Of a stretch of DNA of 64,000 bases, positions 44,652 to 53,346 are shown piece after piece. The DNA is from a virus. The stretch's first letter is position 1. Each line of letters begins with the position of its first letter. Under the pieces are notes generated by a model. It ran no database searches. It was not told the DNA's origin and worked only from the letters and a program-made list of their open reading frames with translations. The stretch covers positions 120,745-184,744 of the IMG/VR virus record IMGVR_UViG_3300033143_002031. The stretch is one strand, 5' to 3'. Both the position numbers and the translations under genes were made by a program.

Positions 44652-44999
44652 ATGCTGGTAACTTTCACGAACGCAGGCACCGAGGAAATCTTCATCAGCC
44701 TGCTCTACAAGCAACTCGCGGTTGGCGAGGCTGTCACGGTCTCCAAGTCCAGGTCGGAACTCGACCAGGAGCAACCCCTGAAGTCGCTGATCCAGGCTGG
44801 CACGATCGTCCTCGCCTTCACGGAGGAGGACGGCGACGATGCGCAGGTCGGCACCGAGCCGAACCCGGAGTTCTCGGACGCATCGCGGCCGGCGGCGACG
44901 GCGTGGCCGATCTTCGCGGCCATCTGGAACACGTCGGACAACGCGCTCAACTGGTCCGACGGGGCTGCGTGGCGCGACGCGGCTGGCGTCATCACCTGA
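44652..44999 (+). CDS. hypothetical structural protein between sheath and tube
   Basis: SD GGAGG; ends RPAATAW...IWNTSDNALNWSDGAAWRDAAG. Confidence 0.65.
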   Translation: MLVTFTNAGTEEIFISLLYKQLAVGEAVTVSKSRSELDQEQPLKSLIQAGTIVLAFTEEDGDDAQVGTEPNPEFSDASRPAATAWPIFAAIWNTSDNALNWSDGAAWRDAAGVIT

Positions 45000-45101
45000 T
45001 AGGTGAGGACGACCGTGGTACTCCCTGCCGGTAGGTCGTGAAAACTCGACTGGACCAACAGGGGGATCGTACTGTAGGTTTGAGGTAAGGGAGGCTGTCA
45101 C

Positions 45102-45632
45102 ATGGCGCGGCCAGTTGCAGAAGACTTTCTCCACTCGATGCGGTTTCACGTCGAGGTTGTCGACGGGTCCCGGCCGGACGCGAGCTTCGGTCCCCCGGAG
45201 GCCGGCTTCTCCATGTGCTCGGTTCCCGAGGCCACTGCGGAAGCGGTCGAGTACAAGGAAGGCACGTACATCTACACCAGGAAGCAGCCGGGCAACACCA
45301 CGTTTGCGGACATCTCGATGTCCCGTGGCGTGGCGATCACCGACTCCGCCTTCTGGCAGTGGATGAAGATCGTCATCGAGGGCGCAGGGGAGTACCGGCA
45401 GGACATCCGGATCAAGCACTATCACCGGGAGGAGGCACTCACCGGGGATGTGGCAGGGAACTTGACGGCGATCCCGATCGAACGTGAGGCGGCGCGTACC
45501 TACGTGATCTTCAACGCCTTCCCGTCCCGTCACAAGGTGGCTGGTGATCTCGACGCCACGGCGTCCGAAATCTCCATCATGGAACTCGATCTGGCGTTCG
45601 AGTACTACAACCTGGTCATCCACACCGGCTAG
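45102..45632 (+). CDS. tail tube protein (T4 gp19-like)
   Basis: RFHVEV...GFSMCS...EYKEG...KQPG...DISMSRG...FWQW...AFP...LDAT. Confidence 0.92.
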   Translation: MARPVAEDFLHSMRFHVEVVDGSRPDASFGPPEAGFSMCSVPEATAEAVEYKEGTYIYTRKQPGNTTFADISMSRGVAITDSAFWQWMKIVIEGAGEYRQDIRIKHYHREEALTGDVAGNLTAIPIEREAARTYVIFNAFPSRHKVAGDLDATASEISIMELDLAFEYYNLVIHTG

Positions 45633-45638
45633 TAGAGA

Positions 45639-45676
45639 GGCCGTGGTGCCGCTTCGGCGGGGCTGCGGCCTTTTCT
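45639..45676 (+). terminator. intrinsic terminator after the tube gene
   Basis: GGCCGTGG...CCGC-TTCG-GCGG...CTGCGGCC followed by TTTT. Confidence 0.75.
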
Positions 45677-45704
45677 GCGTAGGGGCTTACCTAAGAGTTG
45701 ACAG

Positions 45705-46499
45705 ATGACGCGATCGAACCTGACCGACTATTTGCAGAACTACCCGTTCTGGCTTATGGACATCGCGCCGATCGAGCCCCTTTCGTATCCTCTCTTCACG
45801 CCCCTGCTCGGTTTTTCTGCGATCACGGCACCTGAGATCAACGTCGAGATACAGGACATCACCGAGGCAAACTGGTTCTTCAAGCGCAAGGTGGTCAAGG
45901 GTGGCGACGTCTCCAACATGACCCTCATGCGCGCCTCGAAGTGGTACGACGGGGACTTCTACAAGTGGGTGCTGGCGGCCCTCGCTGGGAACACGGGCGG
46001 CCGAGGGGCCATTCACGCGCTGGCGGTGGGTGGAGCTACCCCCCGTCGTGACCTGCTCTTGGTTCACTTCATGTCCAGGAGCCCTCTTCCGGCGGGGGCG
46101 GCCGTCTCATCGGTAGCGGCTGCTGGCGTGCTGGCGCTACAAGGCACCTCTACGGCCCTTACCGCCGGGGGCGCCTCGTCCTTACTGTCTGGGGCTGCTA
46201 TCGGTGGAGCAGCCGCCATAGCAAGCTCTATCGCGTCTTCTGGGGTAGGTGCCCCGCTCGGTCCCTTCGAGTTCGCTCCTCGTGTCCCAGCCAAGGCGTG
46301 GGTGCTCTACGGGTGCGTACCGGCCCGCTACAAGGCCGCAGGGGACTTCGATGCTACAGACGGCGGCATCTCGCTTCAGGAGTTGGAGATTGCCGTGGAG
46401 TCCTGGGATGAACTATCGCTCGGTAGCGACGTGACTACCGCTGCCGTTGCCATGGGCGTTGCGATTGCGGATGCGGTGCGAACGCCGAGGGCGGAGTAG
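45705..46499 (+). CDS. second gp19-like tube/tube-initiator protein with Gly/Ala-rich insertion
   Basis: GFSAITAP...ITE..., NMTLMRA...FYKW, W.LYGC.PARYKA.GDFDAT...LQELEI. Confidence 0.8.
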   Translation: MTRSNLTDYLQNYPFWLMDIAPIEPLSYPLFTPLLGFSAITAPEINVEIQDITEANWFFKRKVVKGGDVSNMTLMRASKWYDGDFYKWVLAALAGNTGGRGAIHALAVGGATPRRDLLLVHFMSRSPLPAGAAVSSVAAAGVLALQGTSTALTAGGASSLLSGAAIGGAAAIASSIASSGVGAPLGPFEFAPRVPAKAWVLYGCVPARYKAAGDFDATDGGISLQELEIAVESWDELSLGSDVTTAAVAMGVAIADAVRTPRAE

Positions 46500-46502
46500 A
46501 CC

Positions 46503-46694
46503 ATGGGCAACGACTGGGAAGACCTGGACACTGAGAAGCTACTTCGCAAGAACCGGGAGCAGCGCGAGCAGACCACCTCGGGCGGCGTGGGAGGCTACGA
46601 GAGGCCGCTCGGAGGCCCGCTCCGTCCCGCTGTCCCTGTACCGCCCTACGAGCCCGTCGAGACACTGAAGAAGAAGAAGGCGAAGAAGCGGTAG
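46503..46694 (+). CDS. small hypothetical protein (T4-like small head protein pattern)
   Basis: EQTTSGGVGGYERPLG motif and a basic C-terminus. Confidence 0.55.
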   Translation: MGNDWEDLDTEKLLRKNREQREQTTSGGVGGYERPLGGPLRPAVPVPPYEPVETLKKKKAKKR

Positions 46695-46763
46695 GGGCCG
46701 AGGGCCTTGCGCTGAGAGTTTGATGCGATTGGCTTTACATCAAATATGCAGTAAAAGGAGTGC

Positions 46764-47348
46764 ATGATGGACGATAGAGCGGAGATCCTGAAGGCGACGG
46801 CGGCTGACAGGGAGGAGGCGTGGGCCACGCGGGTGCATGATGCCTGCGGAGGTCACTGCTCCAACTGCGGCTCGACCGAGCGCCTGAAGGTGGGGATGAT
46901 CGTTCCGAAGGAGTCTGGAGGGCGGGAGGTCGTGAGCAACGGGACGCTCCTTTGCCGGACGTGTGAGTTGGCCCGGGAGATCAGCCTGAAGGTTCCCCAG
47001 CCCGCGTCAGGGGAGCACACGAGGCCGATCAACTTTTTCGTAAGCCAGGAACTCCACGCGAAACTCCAGAACGGGCTGGCCACCGACTACGGGTTCCGTA
47101 GCGTGTCGGCGCTGGTGCGCTTTCTGATGGCGAAGTTCGTGGGGGACGCTGACCAGTTCGATGACCTCGGCCTCTACCAGGACGGCGGCTCGGACGTGAA
47201 GGTCAACGTCTGGGTAGGGCGCGACGTGTACGCCTCCTTCAAGGCGATCACGGATAGGAACGGGATGACGGTGACAGAGACCCTGAAGGGCCTTATCCGG
47301 ATGTACGAGTCGGAGGCCCGGAGCATCGTAGGGAGGACGAGAGCATGA
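46764..47348 (+). CDS. degenerate HNH/Zn-finger fused to tandem ribbon-helix-helix domains
   Basis: CSNCGST.RL.VGMIVP..SGG....N...LCRTCE; RHH-like PINFFVSQELHAKL...SVSALVRFLM and VNVWVGRDVYASFK...TVTETLKGLI; SD AAGGAG. Confidence 0.7.
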   Translation: MMDDRAEILKATAADREEAWATRVHDACGGHCSNCGSTERLKVGMIVPKESGGREVVSNGTLLCRTCELAREISLKVPQPASGEHTRPINFFVSQELHAKLQNGLATDYGFRSVSALVRFLMAKFVGDADQFDDLGLYQDGGSDVKVNVWVGRDVYASFKAITDRNGMTVTETLKGLIRMYESEARSIVGRTRA

Positions 47349-48199
47349 GCGGCGAAGAGCATCTCCAAGACGAACTCGACGACGAGCCCCCGCAAGCTCC
47401 GGTAGGTGGTGCGATCGAGCGCATCCACACCGTGAACCAGATGGAGACCGCGAAGGGCTCGAACGGCATCTTCGAGTTGCCTTGTGGCTACCTCGATCCT
47501 CGAACGCAGGAACTCCACACCGAAGTGCAGGTCCAGGAGATCACGGGTAACGAGGAGGACATGCTGGCCTCTCAGCAAGTGCCCTCGGCTCTGAAGATCT
47601 CGAACCTGCTCGCTGGGTGTGTGGTGCGTATCGGAACCGAGACGGACAAGGGACTCATCTCCGGCATGGTGCAGAACCTCACGGTAGGGGATCGAGTTTT
47701 CCTCGTCTTCGCCATCCGTCGTGTGACGCTCGGCGACGAACTGCCGGTCCGGGAGAAGTGTCCCGAGTGCAAGACCACGACGCTCTTCATGGTGGACCTC
47801 GCCGAAGACCTCACCTCGCGGCCCATGAAGGACCCGACCAAGCGTATCTTCGACGTCACGCTTCCCTCGGGCACGCCGGCCAGGTTCCGCGTCTCGACAG
47901 GGCACGACGAGGCGGCCCTCGCGAAGCTCGTGAAGCGGCAGAAGCACAAGTCCGACGCGCTGTCGCAGTCGCTCCTCATGAGGCTGGAGATGCTGGGGGA
48001 TGAAAAGCCCACCCTCAAGATGGTAAAGTCCCTGGGGATGCGAGATCGGAACTTCCTCCGAGACCAGTTCCAGGAGGTGGAGGGAGGCGTAGACACGGCG
48101 TTGGAGTTGGAGTGCCCGTCGTGTGGACACGAGTGGGAGAAAGATCTGGACCTGAGCGCGGCAAATTTTTTCTTCCCTGGGGGTCGGCGGAAGCCTTAG
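47345..48199 (+). CDS. tail/baseplate assembly chaperone (gp26-like)
   Basis: LPCG...EITGNEEDML...RRVTLG...CPEC...CPSCG; two genes before the tape measure. Confidence 0.78.
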   Translation: MSGEEHLQDELDDEPPQAPVGGAIERIHTVNQMETAKGSNGIFELPCGYLDPRTQELHTEVQVQEITGNEEDMLASQQVPSALKISNLLAGCVVRIGTETDKGLISGMVQNLTVGDRVFLVFAIRRVTLGDELPVREKCPECKTTTLFMVDLAEDLTSRPMKDPTKRIFDVTLPSGTPARFRVSTGHDEAALAKLVKRQKHKSDALSQSLLMRLEMLGDEKPTLKMVKSLGMRDRNFLRDQFQEVEGGVDTALELECPSCGHEWEKDLDLSAANFFFPGGRRKP

Positions 48200-48378
48200 A
48201 GAAGGAAATCTTCTTTCTGATGGAGTGCTGGACAGGTCTCTCCTACGAGTCGATCATGGGTATGCCGGTGACCCGGCGCCACCGCCTCATGCTCGAAAAG
48301 AGCAACTTGGAGCGGAGGCGGCAGCAGGACCACCAGGCAGCGATGCAACGGGCGAAGTCGCGGTCCCGTCGCAGGTAG
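48166..48378 (+). CDS. -1 frameshift extension of the chaperone (G/GT-type)
   Basis: T TTT TTC at 48166-48172 in the chaperone frame; -1 frame reads LPWGSAEALEKEIFFLMECWTGLSYESIMGMPVTRRHRL. Confidence 0.72.
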   Translation, partial: FFLPWGSAEALEKEIFFLMECWTGLSYESIMGMPVTRRHRLMLEKSNLERRRQQDHQAAMQRAKSRSRRR

Positions 48379-48408
48379 GAGGGCGCAGTGGGCTTGAACT
48401 GGGCAGTG

Positions 48409-49107
48409 CTACTCGTGGTTGCGGAACTTACCGCGAACCCAGTTCAGGATGGTTACGTCCGACACTTGGAACTCCTCGGCCAGGGCTCGGCTGCTCTCAC
48501 CGTTTCTGTGTCGTTGGATGACGTGTTGAACGGCGTCGTCTCCGATGCGCCTCAGAACGTCGTTCCTGGTCTGGTGGTAGGTCTGAGAAGGGGTGATCGG
48601 CCCTCCAGCGTGTTTCCATGTCTTCCCTGTGCATACGGACGAGATGCAGGTGGGTGTAACACCGTGCTCTTTTGCCAGCGTCGTCAGGTGCTCTCCTTCG
48701 GCCCGGTGTTTTCGGATACTGACGACGTCTTCGGCGCAGAGCTTTTCTCCCGGCCTGGTGCGTCCGAGGGTCTGGAAAGCGTGGAGGGTGTTTTCCCGAC
48801 AGGTGATGGCCTCCAGGTTTTCCAGGTGGTTGTCGTCCTTGATCCCGTTGATGTGGTTGATTACGTATCCTGTTGGGATAGGCCCCTCGAAGGCTTCCCA
48901 AACGAGTCGATGAACGCGGCGTCCTATGGGATTGGTGCCTGGTCGCGACAACCCTACTTGGTGGTACCCGTCCCTGGAGTGGGTGAGTTTCAAGAGTCGC
49001 CCTGCTTTGGTTCGAGTGACCGAGGTGAGGCGGCGCACACGCCCTCGATCGGAGACCTCGTAGGTGTCAGGCAACTCAGGAACGGGCTTCCAGGTCTCTG
49101 TAGTCAT
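48409..49107 (-). mobile_element. free-standing NUMOD4-HNH homing endonuclease gene, antisense to the tail operon
   Basis: ETWKPV...YEVSDRGRV, VHRLV.EAF.G.IP....INHINGIKDDNHLENLE, two C-terminal HTH repeats; start ATG 49107 (or TTG 49125). Confidence 0.9.
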
Positions 49108-49142
49108 GAGCCCAGTGTATCGCAAAACAGAAAGGGATGCAC

Positions 49143-52100
49143 ATGGGTTTGAACTTCTTAGGCCTTGGATTTTCGTTCGGCGCCAAGGATGCCGGGCTCG
49201 ATGCAGCCCTGTCCGGCGTCAACAACCAGTTCAAGCAACTGGACGACTCGGTCAAGAGTTTCCAAGCCACGGCCGCCGAAGGACTCTCCCCTGCCGAAGG
49301 GATCGCCGACTCCCTTCAAAGCCAACTCGAAGACCTTCAAGCCGGAGCTACCGAGGGCATAGACCTATCGGACGCCATCGACCTTGGTGGCGCCGAGTCG
49401 GACGCTGAGAAGGCTGCGAGTGGCCTTGCCGACGCTCTCGACCTTGGTGGGGCAGGAGAGAAGGCGGAGGAAGAGGTTGGGGGTCTCGGGAACGCAGTAG
49501 CCGGTATGGCGAGTGAGGCAGCGCTCGGTGGAACTGGCTTTGGTCGGATGGCAAACTCGGTCCTCGGCGGTGCCGGGAAGATCACCGGAGCCATGGGGTG
49601 GGTTGGGCTTGCCCTCGGGCCGGTCATTTCGGGCTTCGGTCAGGCGGCTGAGTCGGCTGGAGGTATGGTCGATGCTGTCACTGGGCTCCCTCGGCGCGCA
49701 GGGGATGCGATCCATCGTATTGCTACCGAAGGGGTCAATCTCAGCCACAGCCTCGAAGATGAGGCACTCGCCCTGAGCGTGACGGCCCGGCAGGTCGGCG
49801 CGAACATGGGCTACGTCGGTGCGGAACTCAATCGGTTCGTCGGGCGCTCGACCGGCATGGCGATGGGGTTGAATATCGGTGCAGACGAGGCGGCCCGCGC
49901 TGTCCGTGGGGCGACAGAGGCGGCGAGTGAGCTAGCGGCTATGGGCCTCGAAAGCGCTCGTGACGTGGCTCGGTTCTCGGCAGGCTTCGGGGTGAATGCG
50001 GACCTCCTTCGTAACGCTGGCCTCGGCATGCGACGCGAACTCGGGATGGCGGACGAGCAGATCGGCCAGCTTACGTCCAGCATCGTCGACATGGGGCAGG
50101 AGACAGGCGACGTCGCAGGGGCTCTGAACGAGCTTCCCCAGGTCATGGCGCTCCTGCGTCGGCGTAGGGCTCTTGGTGACACGCCAGAGCAGCTACAGCA
50201 GTTTGCGTCGGACACGGCAGCGGCGGCGCGTGGGATGTTCATGTTCGGTGAGGACTCGGACCTCGCACGAAGCACTTCGGCGGCACTCGCCCAGCAGTTG
50301 ACTGAGAGCCGCGAGACGTTCCGGAACATGTTCTCAGGTGTAGGGGCAGAGCTACCTGGCCTTGTGACGGAGATTTCGATCGTTAGTGGCAGCGTAGACC
50401 AGGCGTTCGAGGCGATGACGCAGGGGCCTGGTCAGTTCATGGAGGCCATGGGCGGGATCGTTCAACAGGTGCGTGACGCGGAAGGGGACGTGGGAGGGAC
50501 GCTGGAGTTTATGCGTGCTCGTCTCCAGGAAACCTTCGGCGTCGACCAAACGGCGTCGATGATCAACTTCTGGCGTGGTATGGACGACGAAACCCGCACG
50601 GCCATGCAGGCTGTCCGTGGGGCTAGGGAGGATCTTGGGGCACTCGGAGAGATGACCCACCGCACAGGGCGGTCGATGAGTGAGGTCATGGATCGGATGC
50701 GAGGGGCCTTCCAAGTTCGGATGCGCCGAGGCGGGAGGGGGTCTGTCGGGCAGTTGCTCCAGAACACCCGAGAGAGTCTTGACGCTGTTGGCGACACGAT
50801 GCAGCGGATGGCCAGGTCGGAAGGACCCCTCCGAGGTGTGATGGGTGTGCTCTCGGACACTCAGGTTCTAGGAGCGTTGGCGCTTTTGCCTGCGGGTATG
50901 CGGGGGTCGGCTATAGCGGCGGACGAGCTTCAGCAGCAGCTAAGACCGCTGGTGGATGCTTTCACCTCGTGGGGAGGGGTGCTCGATACTGCTTTGGTAG
51001 GTGTGTCGTTGTTCGCTACGGAGGTAATGGCGGAACTCGACACGATAGCAGAGGAGGTCGGTGAGGAGGACTTCAACCTGTTCGAGTCGCTCGGGCCTGC
51101 GATCGACCGTGTAGCTGATCGGTGGGCTACGGAGCTTGGCGACTTGCTCAAAAACATCGAGGGGTGGGTAGTCGCGGTTGCAAACACTTTCGCTGAACTC
51201 GATTTCAGCACTCTCTTCGCGACGACTGGGGAAGGCGAAGAGGCCACTGGTGTCATGGGGGCCATCCGTCGCATCGCTGACCAGATCGGTAACATTGATT
51301 GGGACACCATCTGGAACGGCTTCCGGGACGGGTTCAACCACCTCTTCGAGGCTCTGCGGCCCTGGCTCGAAGAGAAGATGACGCAGATTCGAGATGTCAT
51401 CTACAACCGTGTGAACGACTGGTGGAACAGCATCGACTGGGGCGAGGTTTTCAGCACGGTTAGGGGCATGGGTGCGGCACTGTGGGGGGTCTTTAGGCCC
51501 GCCCTAGTCGAACTCGGGAGCCTGATCGGTGACTGGTTCTCAGAGCACTGGGAAGAGGTACTAGGGGGGTCTGTTCTGGCCTTGGGTGTTGTTGGCCTAA
51601 TTCTAGGCGCAGCCCTGATCGTTGGCTTCCTCGCGGCTTTTGTTCTCTTGCCTATAGCTCTCGGGGTGATAATAGGTGGCGTTATCATCCTTATCATCGA
51701 GTACTTCATAAGTCTCGGACCAGCGATTGCTGAGATCTGGCAGTTCGTTGTCAACTCGGTGAAGGATAAGTGGGATGACTTCACCGAGTGGTTTAGAACT
51801 TCACTGGTAACGGTCAGGAGTTTTTTCACTACGGCGTGGGGGCGCATGATCGGGTGGCTCCGGACTCAATGGGATAACTTCAGATCATGGCTTGATCGTA
51901 TGTGGGATCGCGTTACTGGGCGCGTGAACCAGGTTATCGAGGACTGGCAGACGATCTTCTCAGCTATCGCTGGGATCGCTACTACTTTGGGGCAGCGCAT
52001 CCGGACCGCTATCGGTGATGCTATTGCGTGGATTAGTGGCAGGTGGGAGGTTTTCCGGGAGGGCCTGAGCGGGATATGGGAACGGCTATCTTCGGGATGG

Positions 52101-53018
52101 GATACGTTCCTAGAGGGCGCCGAAGAGGTGTGGGAAAACATTGTTGGTATACCGGCTCGCATTGAGACGGCGTGGGGCAATATCATAGCGTTCTTCCGTG
52201 GAATTTTTGCAGGCATCCGCGAGGCTGTCGGCGACGACCTGGAGTCCGCAGGGCAGTTTTTCGAGCGTTTGGCCGAGGCAGGGAGTCGGCTACTCCGATC
52301 GATCGGCCTAACAGGCGACGAGGTATTCGGTAATTCAATCCACACCGTTATCGGCGAGGACATGGCGCAGGCCGAAGCGATCATGACAGAGGCGGCTCTG
52401 CGGATCTCGGAGGTTATGCAGACGGTCCTCCACGACGCGACCGTCCGGGCGATCGTCACGGGCTTCGCGGAGGGCTTCGCTGCGGTCGTGGAGAATATGG
52501 ACGAGTTCTCTGCCGACATGGTTGGAGCCTTCACCACTATGGCCGACAGCATCTCGGAGATCATGACGGAACTCTTCGTCTCGGTCATCGCGCAGGCGGA
52601 AATCTCCATGCTGGCGGCGGAGACGGCAGTAGAGGGGATCATCGGGCGACTGCGAACGATCACGGAAGCGCAGACCGCGCTCGCGTCGGCCCGTTCGGAG
52701 GCTGTCGCTGGGCTCGCTAGGCCACAAGATGAGGAAGCCATGCGGCGCCGGCTGGCGCAGCTAGGCAGCAATGAGGTGCTCCGGGCCATCCACTACCCGG
52801 ACTGGTACAGGGGAGGCGCAGGGATCTCAGGAGGCGGGTACAGAGCGCTATTTGTTGCTCACATGACGGAGCTAAAGCGTGCCATTGACGCGCTTGGAGT
52901 GGCCCCCGCTTCAGGTTCGGTGGAGGCACGACGCCAGGCGATTCGAGAGGCGAGCGCAGCGGTCACGCGGGCGAGAGTCGGCGGCCATGCTGGCGTGCCC
53001 GGCGGAGCGGGGAGGTAG
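49143..53018 (+). CDS. tape measure protein
   Basis: About 1290 aa, helical and Ala/Gly-rich with periodic W/F repeats and hydrophobic segments; follows the chaperone. Confidence 0.9.
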   Translation: MGLNFLGLGFSFGAKDAGLDAALSGVNNQFKQLDDSVKSFQATAAEGLSPAEGIADSLQSQLEDLQAGATEGIDLSDAIDLGGAESDAEKAASGLADALDLGGAGEKAEEEVGGLGNAVAGMASEAALGGTGFGRMANSVLGGAGKITGAMGWVGLALGPVISGFGQAAESAGGMVDAVTGLPRRAGDAIHRIATEGVNLSHSLEDEALALSVTARQVGANMGYVGAELNRFVGRSTGMAMGLNIGADEAARAVRGATEAASELAAMGLESARDVARFSAGFGVNADLLRNAGLGMRRELGMADEQIGQLTSSIVDMGQETGDVAGALNELPQVMALLRRRRALGDTPEQLQQFASDTAAAARGMFMFGEDSDLARSTSAALAQQLTESRETFRNMFSGVGAELPGLVTEISIVSGSVDQAFEAMTQGPGQFMEAMGGIVQQVRDAEGDVGGTLEFMRARLQETFGVDQTASMINFWRGMDDETRTAMQAVRGAREDLGALGEMTHRTGRSMSEVMDRMRGAFQVRMRRGGRGSVGQLLQNTRESLDAVGDTMQRMARSEGPLRGVMGVLSDTQVLGALALLPAGMRGSAIAADELQQQLRPLVDAFTSWGGVLDTALVGVSLFATEVMAELDTIAEEVGEEDFNLFESLGPAIDRVADRWATELGDLLKNIEGWVVAVANTFAELDFSTLFATTGEGEEATGVMGAIRRIADQIGNIDWDTIWNGFRDGFNHLFEALRPWLEEKMTQIRDVIYNRVNDWWNSIDWGEVFSTVRGMGAALWGVFRPALVELGSLIGDWFSEHWEEVLGGSVLALGVVGLILGAALIVGFLAAFVLLPIALGVIIGGVIILIIEYFISLGPAIAEIWQFVVNSVKDKWDDFTEWFRTSLVTVRSFFTTAWGRMIGWLRTQWDNFRSWLDRMWDRVTGRVNQVIEDWQTIFSAIAGIATTLGQRIRTAIGDAIAWISGRWEVFREGLSGIWERLSSGWDTFLEGAEEVWENIVGIPARIETAWGNIIAFFRGIFAGIREAVGDDLESAGQFFERLAEAGSRLLRSIGLTGDEVFGNSIHTVIGEDMAQAEAIMTEAALRISEVMQTVLHDATVRAIVTGFAEGFAAVVENMDEFSADMVGAFTTMADSISEIMTELFVSVIAQAEISMLAAETAVEGIIGRLRTITEAQTALASARSEAVAGLARPQDEEAMRRRLAQLGSNEVLRAIHYPDWYRGGAGISGGGYRALFVAHMTELKRAIDALGVAPASGSVEARRQAIREASAAVTRARVGGHAGVPGGAGR

Positions 53019-53021
53019 CCT

Positions 53022-53342
53022 GTGACAGTCCAGGTGCAAAGGGGTAGCCGGCTCCGATTCGGCAAGTTGACCACGGTCGACGGAGTGGAGTTTTGGGAGG
53101 TGCTGGACATCCCGGGCATTCCGACCCAGCGCGATGACCTCATCCACAGGGTCATGGGGCCGGATAGGATGGACCTGCTTGCGCACCGTTTCTACAGGGA
53201 CGCGAGGCTGTGGTGGGTCATCGCAGTCGCCAATGACATGGAGGAGCTACCCACGGCGTTGAACGTAGGGGATGACATCCGCATACCCTCCCCTCGCTAC
53301 GTCACGCAGGTGCTCTTCAAGAAAGCGACAGTGCAGAGGTAG
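53022..53342 (+). CDS. tail protein X/LysM-like baseplate protein
   Basis: DRMDLLAHRFYRDARLWWVIAVAN...GDDIRIP. Confidence 0.85.
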   Translation: MTVQVQRGSRLRFGKLTTVDGVEFWEVLDIPGIPTQRDDLIHRVMGPDRMDLLAHRFYRDARLWWVIAVANDMEELPTALNVGDDIRIPSPRYVTQVLFKKATVQR

Positions 53343-53346
53343 CAAC

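Noticed and set aside
48388-49152. Group I intron or ribosomal bypass joining the two TMP starts
   Set aside because: The HNH gene fills almost the whole insert on the opposite strand, leaving no room for an intron core, and ~750 nt is far longer than known bypasses. The 254-aa sense ORF is not called as a functional protein.
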